A stretch of 63,747 nucleotides of DNA, the filler included, from Octopus bimaculoides (lineage: Eukaryota): the NCBI RefSeq assembly GCF_001194135.2. It is 8 parts of 7 records of this genome, joined end to end, with 100 filler letters (N's around TTAATTAATTAA, not from the genome) between each part and the next. Parts side by side here need not be neighbours in the genome. Positions count along the whole stretch, not along the records: positions 1 to 17,692 come from NC_068995.1; positions 17,793 to 39,194 come from NC_068994.1; 6 more parts are not named here. One strand, 5' to 3'. A program made the position numbers and the translations under genes. Below the pieces are notes generated by a model. That model made no database searches. It was not told the DNA's origin and saw only the letters and a program-made list of their open reading frames with translations. How positions within the stretch are numbered: the first letter of the stretch is position 1; each line of letters begins with the position of its first letter. This document shows, piece by piece, positions 13,739 to 23,586 of this stretch.

Positions 13739-14042
13739 CATGTGTGTGTGTGTATACGCACACACACATACACACACACATACACACACACACACACATA
13801 TATATACATATATTTATATAATATATATATATATATATACATTTACACACACACACATGCGCGCTCACACACACATACACACACACACACACACATATAT
13901 ATATACATACATATATTTATATANNNNNNNNNNNNNNNNNNNNNNNNNNNNNNNNNNNNNNNNNNNNNNNNNNNNNCATATATACATTTACACACACACA
14001 CATGCACGCTCACACACACATACACACACATACACACACACA

Positions 14043-14088
<46 letters not shown>

Positions 14089-14760
14089 AACGGTAACGTA
14101 TTTGTTTTCCAAGATTCCTGATGTGAAATCGTGTGCTGAAACAAAATATTGTTACATTTGGGGATTGTCATACTTTTTACCAATTAGCCACACGCAGTAT
14201 AGTGTGTGTGATTAATTAGCAAAAAATACGACCATCTACAAATATAACAATATATATGTACATATATGTGTATGTATGTGTGTGTGTGTATGTGTGTGTG
14301 CGTTATCTTTTCGTTTGTGTTTATGTCTTACTACTGCATGACAACTGTACTTAAAAACATTTACAAGGGTCGATTTGTTCGACTGAATCTCTTCTAGGTG
14401 GTGCTCCAGCATGACTGCAGTATATGACCGAAAGTGGTAACAGGTAAACCGCTGCAAAAAAAATTTCAATTATAATGTCTTTACGTGGTCACTCGACCTG
14501 CTAGAAAGAGTAACCAAAATCTCCCGAATCACAATCGATAAATGTTCATAGCAGTCAAAATGAGCAAACCACAAGTTTTCACTTGTTAGTACCCTTAAAT
14601 TATTAATCAATAATTTTTACCTTTATGGGCTTTTTTACGCATGGTAAACCACTGATATTATTATAAACAATAATATCGTCATATATATTTAGATAATTTT
14701 TTTCACTTCGATCACTTAAAAAACGGTCATCGCACACACTGGTTGAGATGAATAAACTCT

Positions 14761-14822
14761 GTAAGATTCCCTGAAGATGAACTAAGGGTATTTCTCATAG
14801 TTCGAAATCAAGGTGATACGGG
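14761..14822 (+). ncRNA. Degenerate hammerhead-like motif (Penelope-like terminal repeat remnant)
   Basis: CUGAAGA-U-GAACUA(13 nt)UAGUUC-GAAA-UCA(agg)UGA-U-A; stem I poorly paired. Confidence 0.35.
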
Positions 14823-15179
14823 TATGTCTGACTTTCCCATCTTTGATTATTTTCATCTTTGTTACTAGGTCTTAGGGTTTTTATTCATTTGCCCGCTTTT
14901 TGTGTTTAAGTGAAAACTTGTGGTTTGGTAATATTGACTGCTATGTCAGCATGCCGGTACTGCCTGTTAGTACCCTTAATTATATATATATATATATATA
15001 TATACATATATNNNNNNNNNNNNNNNNNNNNNNNNNNNNNNNNNNNNNNNNNNNNNNNNNNNNNNNNNNNNNNNNNNNNNNNNNNNNNNNNNNNNNNNNN
15101 NNNNNNNNNNNNNNNNNNNNNNNNNNNNNNNNNNNNNNNNNNNNNNNNNNNNNNNNATATATATATATATACGCGCGTA

Positions 15180-15395
15180 TGTGCGTGTGTGTTTCTTTGT
15201 GTCTCTGTTTGTCCCCCATCATCGCTTAGCAACCATTGCTGGTGTGTTTGCGTCCCCGTAACTTAGCGGTTCGGCAAATAAGAATAAGTACCAGGCTTTA
15301 AAAAAAAAAAGTCAATTCATTCGACTAAAAAGATTCTTCAAGGCGGTGCTCCATCGTGGCTGCAGTCTAATGATTGAAACAAAGTAAAGGATAAT
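15180..15395 (+). mobile_element. SINE family A, 3' half (CpGs retained)
   Basis: tctttgtgtctctgtttgtccccc...gcgtccccgtaacttagcggttcggc...aaggcggtgctcc...gaaacaaagtaaagg. Confidence 0.75.
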
Positions 15396-15540
15396 AGAAA
15401 AAAATATCTAAAACGGTTGGTCAATGTTGGAATATTCTTTGATGATTAATTTACTTAACCAAGACTAGCCTAAAGTTAGACAGCAACAACAACCGAAACA
15501 AAACCACAAAATTACAATAAAATCATAACTATTACCTTAC

Positions 15541-15828
15541 CTGTTTCACTGGTAAGATGATATTCTAAGCTATTAGCAGAATCACTTCCAGTCGCTATTT
15601 CTTCGTCTTCAGCCTTGATTGATCCGATAATAGTACCAATTCTCTCATTTTCGGCCACTTCAAATTGATGTCTTTTTGGAAGGGATGGTGGCTTGTTGAA
15701 AGGGACTTTGATTTTTACTTGAATTTGGCTACTTTTCTTAGGATTTCCAGAATCTTCTGCCAAAATATTCAACGAGTATTCTTCACGAAGCGGTTCTCTG
15801 GAGAGTTCATCTGATATTCGAATCTCTC
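15541..15828 (-). CDS. Cadherin-repeat protein, internal exon (1st visible)
   Basis: Acceptor tttattctgcag, donor G|gtaagg; 288 nt, phase 1/1; (G)EIRISDELSREPLREEYSLNILAEDSG...VPFNKPP...FEVAEN...IKAEDEE...LEYHL. Splices in frame to the 8458 exon. Confidence 0.9.
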
Positions 15829-16471
15829 CTGCAGAATAAAACAGAAATTGGTTGTTAGATGAAATGTTTTGAGATGTATGTGTGTGTGTTGCTGTATACG
15901 TGTGTGTATGTTTGTGTTGGTGTGTATATGCGTGCTTGTGTCTATGTGTGAGGTGTGTGTGTATGTACGTGTGTGTGAATGCAGTAGTGTAGTTCAGTAG
16001 ATCTAGGATTAAAGTTATTCCATCCGTGATCATCCCGTTTATTTAAAGTATCTAGGACTACATTATCTAAACGAGTTCTTTCTATATCTAAGACAGGAGA
16101 TGGTTTGAGGGGGATATAATTGTTTTTCTTAGCAGGCCAAGTCACCATGTAAAGGATTTCTCGTTGGTTTGTATGTGCGTGCGTATTTTTGCGCGCGCTC
16201 GTGTGCTTTGTTTAATTCTCTTTGAGCTCCAGGTTAGCTCTGGTCAAGAAAATCTTCGGTGTGCTTGCAGAGTTTAGATGTCCGTTTGGAACGGAGGTTG
16301 CTGAGGATAATAACCGTTGTGAGCAGTTTAGAATAGTCAAACAATCCGACCAATGGTCAGTGGTATTAGTGAAGGAGGGGTGCAAGAGCCAGATGGAGTT
16401 CTTGTTATTGCAAATGAATCAAAATATTATATACAAAAATTTCTATGATTTAAGTAACAAAAGAATGATAA

Positions 16472-16855
16472 GTAACTCCTTGAATGAAAATATCTCAGCT
16501 ACTATCAAAGAATAATGTACGAAAGTAATGTATATATTAAAGAGCTCTAAGAGAGGAATCTTATGGCGAAAACTGCATCAATAAATATTTGATACAGAAA
16601 AAAGTTGTCTCGAAAGACTGGTAAGAGTGGTAAATCACGAAATAATAGTAACTCTCAGAATGAAAATATCTCAGCTATTGTTAAAGAAAGGCGTATAAAT
16701 GTAATGTGTATATTAAAGAGCTTTATGAGAGGAATCATATTAAGTAACGTAGCTACTGTTAAAGAAAATTATACAAAAGTAAATTGTATGTAAAAGAGCT
16801 CTGTGAGAGGAATCTTATGGTGAAAACCGCATTAATAAATATTAGGTACAAAAAG
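16472..16855. repeat. Three diverged direct copies of a 100-180 bp unit
   Basis: agcta(c/t)t..aaagaa...taaagagct.t.(a/t)gagaggaatc recurs from about 16495, 16672 and 16751. Confidence 0.7.
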
Positions 16856-17456
16856 AATGGTGTGGCTTCAAGTGACGAAAACAGGGTTATTGCATTTCTT
16901 TAACGTAAAGATCATGCCTAAATAACCAGACAGAAAATAAAAGGCATGATATCTTTTATTTCAGATTTTGTGGATCTAGGACTGTATAATTCAATGTTTC
17001 AATGTGTCCTTTACAGTTTTAAGATGACAGGGTTAAATTTGAAAAGATATCGCTGCTATTTCTAACATACCTAACGACGACATAGGAGATATATCGTTGT
17101 ATGAGCAAATGTGTGCACAAATGTGTGTACGGACGATGGACGATGACTTCAGAGACTAACGTATTACCTTTCGTGCAAATTCAGTACGTTGATTTGTACA
17201 AGTATTCAAGTTTATAGAATTATTTACTGACAATATCATGAAAGGTGAACAAATGTAAGTTATGTAAGATTACGATTGACTCGGTCGTTTCGTTCGATTT
17301 TAATGTATAACTTATTTATGTCTACGAACAGGTGTCTAGCGATAATTATCTCAAGTAGATCTCAGTTTAACAGCCAAACACGGTATGATTTAGAAAGTTA
17401 AACAATTGTATGTGTTATTGAAAACTTGATTATATATAATGCACACACATCACACA

Positions 17457-17508
<52 letters not shown>

Positions 17509-17518
17509 TACATACATA

Positions 17519-17680
17519 GGCGCAGAAGTGGCTGTGTGGTAAGTAGCTTGCTTACCAACATGGTTCCGCGTTCAGTCCCACTGCGTGGTACCATGGGCAA
17601 GTGTCTTCTACTATAGCCGCGGGCCGAACAAAACCTTGTGAGTGGATTTGGTAGACGGAAACTGAAAGAAGCCCGTCGCA
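17519..17680 (+). mobile_element. SINE family A, 5' half (CpGs retained)
   Basis: gtggctgtgtggtaagtagcttgc...gttcagtcccactgcg...gccgcgggccgaac...agacggaaactgaaagaagcccgtcg. Confidence 0.85.
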
Positions 17681-17736
17681 TATATATATATANNNNNNNN
17701 NNNNNNNNNNNNNNNNNNNNNNNNNNNNNNNNNNNN

Positions 17737-17748
17737 TTAATTAATTAA
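17737..17748. other. Artificial scaffolding linker TTAATTAATTAA within a 100-bp placeholder gap
   Basis: The same 12-mer (stop in all six frames), flanked by 44 N on each side, recurs at 39239, 44564, 47367, 55051, 58145 and 60421. Confidence 0.9.
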
Positions 17749-17990
17749 NNNNNNNNNNNNNNNNNNNNNNNNNNNNNNNNNNNNNNNNNNNNTATATATA
17801 TATATATGTATATATGTATATATGTATATATATATATGTATATATATATGTATATATATATATGTATATATATATGTATATATGTATATATATATATGTA
17901 TATATATATGTATATATATATGTATATATATATGTATATATATATGTATATATATATGTATATATATATATATATATACACACACACATA

Positions 17991-19350
17991 CATATAATTG
18001 TATACATATATACTGACAGGAGCCATAATCACCCAAAAGCACCAGTTGAAAATTTATTATATTGATCAATCAGTTTTGGCTTTTATCATAGCCTCATAAG
18101 TAGGGACAGCTGGACTCAGCTGATTCTGAATAAAATTCACTGTCAGTATATATATATATTTGCCATAGAAATCAATGGATGATTTAGAGAATCGCTAATG
18201 TGTATACAAATAATTAATATCGACAGTGATGTGCAATGCGTTGCCAAAAATGAAAACTATAATTGTCATTAAATATGATTAAGGGTGTCAGAACACCCAC
18301 ATTGCTAGAAATAAGAGCTAAATTGCTCTAATTCTGTAGTCAAGGCATATAATTGTATACATATTTACTGACGTGGACCATAATCACCCGAAAGCGCTGG
18401 TTGAGAATTCCTGATACTGATTGGTCAGTTTTTTGCTTTTACCATAGCCTCATTAGTAGGGATGGCTTGACTCAGGTGATTCTGGATGAAATTCACTGTC
18501 AGTATATATGTATTCACCATAGAAATCTTTAGATTACTTAGTGAATTGCTACAGGTGACTATGGTTTCTGTCAGTATGTTGTTTGTTCCTTCTCGAGCCA
18601 TGCCTGGCTCATAAGAGCCGGTTTCCCGGTTTCATTGGTGTATAGGTTCCCCACCTGGATGGGACACTGGTCCATCGCAGGTGAGCTACTAGATGCAGGA
18701 GGAAAGACTGAGAAAGTTGTGACGAAATAGTCAGCAGAAGCTTAGGTGTTTTGCTCATAAACACACACATCACCCGGTCTGAGATTCAAACCTGCGATCC
18801 CTCGACCACGAGTCCGCTGCTCTGTACACTAGGCCAGGTACCTCCACTGTCAGTATATATGTATACAATTATGTGCTTTGACTACAGAATTAGAATAGTT
18901 TAGCTCTTATTTCTAGCAGTGTAGGTATTCTGACACCCTTAATCATATTTAATGACAATTATAGTTTTCATTTTTGGTAATGCATTGCACACCACTGTAA
19001 ATATTAATTATTTGTATACACATTAGCAATTCACTAAATCATCCATAGATTTCTATTGCAAATGCATATACACTGACAGTGAATTTTATCTGGAATCAGC
19101 CAAGTCGAGCTCTACCTACTGATGAGGCTATGATAAAAGTCAAAACTAACCAATCAGTATAGGGAATTCTTTACCAGAACTTTCAGATGCTTATGGTCTC
19201 TGTCAGTACATATGGATACAGCATTAGAGCAGTTTAGCTCTTATTTCTAGGAGTGTAAGTGTTCTGATATCCTTAGTCATATTTAATGACATATATAGTT
19301 TTCCTTTTTGGTAACACATTGCACCCTTCTGTCCTTATTAATTATTTACA
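17991..19350. repeat. 355-bp satellite-like monomers arranged as converging direct and inverted arrays
   Basis: catataattgtatacata at 17991 and 18346 (period 355); reverse-complement monomers at about 18845-19210 and 19210-19350. Confidence 0.8.
18590..18846 (-). mobile_element. SINE family D (tRNA head, CORE/V-domain-like centre)
   Basis: Minus strand tggcctagtg (A box), ggtttgaatc (B box), gcgatggaccagtgtcccatccagg resembling the V domain; homologous to 41110-41349. Confidence 0.75.
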
Positions 19351-19359
19351 CGTGCACAC

Positions 19360-19406
<47 letters not shown>

Positions 19407-19757
19407 AGGGTGTTTGGGCTAAATTTAGCAGTTTGCATATGTTGTGGAAGGACCCTGACCATCCCCACATGACCAAAAGTGGACTGACACATTTCAATAA
19501 CTGTTGGCAGTTGGCAGTCAGCAGTTGACAATGGTAGTTGACAGTTTTGATTGTTCATATTGGATTACTGTGTTAGTTCAATATCATATCCACATTTGGT
19601 GTAGTATAGAGTATGTTCTGCATGAACATATTAATTTTGCGAAAGGTTATTCTAGATAACCATATCCAATATTTATTTGGGTAATACCATTCCTTCACCC
19701 AACGGGCACTACAATGTTGTCACGGCATTATTGGCAACCTAGGCTGGATAGAATGCT

Positions 19758-21112
19758 GTTTGGAACATGGTAGAATTACTAGTGTCAGTAATTGGATTAC
19801 AAAAACAGCAACAACAGCAATTGGTGGAATGGCAGAAGCAACAGCAACTGTTAATACAGCTGCTACTCAACAAAACAGAAAATACATCAACTTCATTCCC
19901 CCCTGATATGGTTGCAAACTCCATCGGTGAATTCACATTTAACCCAGATGAGGGTATTACCTTTTGTGCATACTACAGAAGGTATGAGGACATTTTTAAA
20001 GAAGAGTGCTCAAACTGGCAAAATGAAAAAAGAACCTGATTTTTGTTGAGGAAGTTGCCCCAGCAGAGCACAAAAAATACTGCCACTATATATTACCAAA
20101 AAATCCCAGGGGAAGTCTGTTTTAAAGAAACTGTTGATACCCTTTCAAAGATTTTCAACAAGAGAAGTTCCTTATTTAATACGCATTGGCTATGCATGAA
20201 TATTACAAAAAAAGAGGACAAAGATTTTATTACAAACATTGAAATCGTTAATAGTGAATACGAAAAATGTTAAATGAATAAACTAACACCAGATATGTTT
20301 AAATGCTTAATTTTCACGCAGGGTTTAACAGCAAAGAAAGATGTTGAAATTTGTAACCAAATTCTAACTAAATTAGAGCAGAATCAGAAGCTAACACTAA
20401 AAGAAATATCTGAGGAATGCCTGAGAATAATAAACTTAAGGCATGATTCGGAACAAATTGAAGTAAAAAACTGCTCTCATATACAATCGGGATGACCAAA
20501 ATGAAAAGCAGAGAATTAACCCATGTTTCAGATGTGGAGAATTACACTACAGATTCAACTGTCCTTATAAAAACCGAAAATGCTTCAAGTGTGCTAAGAT
20601 AGGTCATAAAGAATCACACTGTAAGACAAAACCTAAAAAACAGTTCAACAGAAAAAAATCATGTAAATAGTTTATTGATGACAAGAAATACGAATGAGCC
20701 CCAAAGGAAATTTGTGTGTATAAAAATTAATAATACAAATGTAAAATTACAGTTAGATACAGCTAGTGACATTACTTTAATTAATGACAACACTTGGAAA
20801 AAAAATTAGGAAAGCTACACTATAGAAATCCTCAAAAATTGCCCATGGTGTAAAAATCCATTTTTAAAGGTGAAATTATTTGTAACGTTATATTTCGTAG
20901 TAAGACTATAAAAGTGAAAGCTTGTGTATTAAAAGATACAAGTAACCTTTTGGAACTGACTGGATGATATTGTTTGACTTATGGGAGTTACCTGTAAATA
21001 ATTTCTGTAAAAATGTAATAGGGCCGTGCGCCAGTTTGAATACAGAGTCAGAAAATTTTTTTTTAAATGTGGAAAGGTTGTTCCCTGATGTTTTCTTGGG
21101 CAAGTTGTGCCT
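19758..21112 (+). mobile_element. Decayed Ty3/Gypsy LTR retrotransposon, gag-protease (Mag / K02A2.6-like)
   Basis: FTFNPDEGITFCAYYRRYEDIF, FKCLIF, twin zinc knuckles CFRCGELHYRFNC and CFKCAKIGHKESHC (about 20524-20622), aspartic protease KLQLDTASDITLI and NLFGTDW; multiple stops and frameshifts; a possible degraded PBS (tggcaacctagg) near 19732. Confidence 0.85.
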
Positions 21113-21315
21113 GTATTTGTCCCTCACTGCTGCTTGATAACTGATGTTGGTGTGTTTATGTCCCTGTAACCTAGTGGTTTTGCAAAAGAGACCAGTAGAA
21201 AAAGTACCAGGCTTAACAAAGAAAATAAGTACTGGGGTTTGCTTTATTCAACTAAAATTCTTTAAGGCAGTGCCCTAGCATGGTAGCAATCTAATGGCTG
21301 AAACAAATAAAAGGT
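21112..21315 (+). mobile_element. SINE family A, 3' half (CpG-decayed), truncating the Gypsy remnant
   Basis: tgtatttgtccctcactgctgcttgataactgatgttggtgtgtttatgtccctgtaacc...aagtaccaggctt. Confidence 0.75.
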
Positions 21316-21326
21316 AAACACACACG

Positions 21327-21357
<31 letters not shown>

Positions 21358-21381
21358 TTATAAGGAAATAATTTGTCAATG

Positions 21382-21454
21382 GGCAGTTTAGCTTAATTGG
21401 CAAAGCATTTGACCAGTAATCACAGGGATGTGAGTTCGAGTCTTATGGCTGATT
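21382..21454 (+). pseudogene. tRNA-Thr(AGT)-like pseudogene
   Basis: Cloverleaf by eye: D stem GCTT/AAGC, anticodon loop CC-AGT-AA, T loop TTCGAGT; mismatches in the acceptor and anticodon stems and C at position 33. Confidence 0.5.
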
Positions 21455-21622
21455 GCTGACAAATCCGCAAAATATGGATATTTTATCCTGTTTTTCTCTT
21501 CTATCAGCATTTCTGTGTTTGAGAATAAATTATTTCCTTATCTGTATCTTACAATACATCTCAACACTTCTAAAAAAAAAGAAACGTTTCGTAATTTATA
21601 TATATATATATTTATATATATT

Positions 21623-21699
<77 letters not shown>

Positions 21700-22218
21700 T
21701 TATCTACATCACTATTGAGCGATTGTGTTGTTTGTGTTTGAAGGATAAGGGGAAATATTGTTTTGTTTGAAAACAAGTGAGGGTCAGCAACAGAAGGGCA
21801 TCCACCCATAGGAAATCTGCCTCAAAGAAAAAAAAACAGGATGATGTCTTCTCTGAACAACACCAGTTCATCAAATAAGCCTTGCTAGTAATTATATTGC
21901 AACAATGAAGGAAACATTACTTGTGTCTTGATTTTAACTTGTATTGTTTACATATGCATGTCCAATCATGTAAATTGTTTGAAGTATGGAAGAAGAGTTA
22001 ATTCATTATAATAGCTTCATGTTTCAACTTAAAAACTAAACAACTCTAGAAGTTCCATGACAAAAGTTATTTTACCAAACACCTCTTCAAATTCTTTGAT
22101 TATTTTAAAGGTTAATTAAAATACATTATATATTTCCTTAGAAATAAGTCACAGAAGGCCAACTGATATAAATTGGTGTGTAACACACATGCACACACAC
22201 ACACATGCACACACGCAT

Positions 22219-22296
<78 letters not shown>

Positions 22297-22304
22297 GTGA
22301 AAGC

Positions 22305-22430
22305 ATATGACTTAGTGGTTAGGCGTATTCAGCTCACAGTCATAAGGCCATGGGTTTGATTCCAGGCAGTACGTGTCCTTGAGCAAGACACTTTACTTCA
22401 TATTGCTCCACTCCACTCAGGTAGTTATCC
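22305..22430 (+). mobile_element. SINE family D, 5' part
   Basis: gacttagtggttagg...gggtttgattcc...gtccttgagcaagacactttacttcatattgctccactccactcag. Confidence 0.7.
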
Positions 22431-22690
22431 TCAAGCCATACACCTGTCCCGAATGTATTCAACTGAGTGGGCTCTGCTCAAGGCATCCATGGTGTCAGGT
22501 GGTGGTGAAAATAACAATGTATGGATTAAGATTGGGAACAGTTGTATAGAGATGTACTTGTTTCATAATGAATATTAAGTGGAAATTTGATGCATTTTGT
22601 ATTTAGAACCAGGACATAAATAAAACAATTTTGCATGGAAGACACATTTTAGCCATTCAAAACTGTACAAAAACTGTTAACTTCACTTAA

Positions 22691-22898
22691 GCCTTTAGCA
22701 TTCAGATTAGTTTGTCAAATGTAATGCTTATTTATTCACATTATTTTAAATTAATCATACATTATCTTGTAGCTTTGAGATTTCAATTATGGGATTGTTT
22801 ATTTTTAGAAGACATTGTAGGGTGGATGTAAGAGTCTGTTTTTGACCAGTTTGAACATAAACAAATAGAATATTTTGGCCAGTTTAAATGCTAAAAGG
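22691..22898. mobile_element. piggyBac-type MITE
   Basis: TTAA on both sides; termini gcctttagcatt / aatgctaaaagg. Confidence 0.7.
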
Positions 22899-23189
22899 TT
22901 AAACATTATCCAATGTCAATTTTTTTTTTTTTTTGTACCAACTCTGAACTAGTTACTAATATTGTTCATCTGAAATTGCTGTGGGACTGTGTTAGTGACC
23001 GGAATTTCATTTTTTAAAAATATTTGTTGTATGTTTTAATTTACTTCTGCAATACTTTGATCTAAATTAATTCCTTTTCTTTTTTCCAGATTGTTCTTCT
23101 CAGAATCAATGGTTGATGAAAAGAACCAAAAACTTTGGAACTCAAGAATATATTTCTAATATCATGCATTTAGAGTTGCCTGACATTCA

Positions 23190-23539
23190 GATCTAAACCA
23201 GGAGGTGAATAAAAGAAGAACAATAATACTTACAATAACAGGAGTAATTGTAGTGGACTGAATACAGAAATAAATGCTATAATAATAGGTGCCTTGGGAA
23301 TGGTTAAAAAAAATCAACAGAAATAAATACCTAACCAAAACTAGTTTATATACAAATAAAGAAAGTATCACTACAAGGTACTGTACATATATTACCTAAA
23401 GTACAGGCAATACAATAGAAAGTACAAAACCAAAACCAAGCACTGCATTTACCCAACTCGCAGGGAAAGCATGCAATAATAATAAAACTGCTGGAATAAT
23501 AATAATAATAATAATAATCATAATAATAATAATAATATT
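23190..23539 (+). mobile_element. 3' end of an R4/Dong-like (restriction-endonuclease) non-LTR retrotransposon with (TAA)n tail
   Basis: IIGALGMVKK (23282-) and IKKVSLQGTVHILPKV resemble the R4/Dong C-terminal IIGALG...QKxxLLGTAHILRKV; ends in (AAT)n at 23498-23539. Confidence 0.55.
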
Positions 23540-23586
23540 GGAAATTTTTGCTGCTGTGTGTTTATGTAACACTCAGCTGCTTCACA

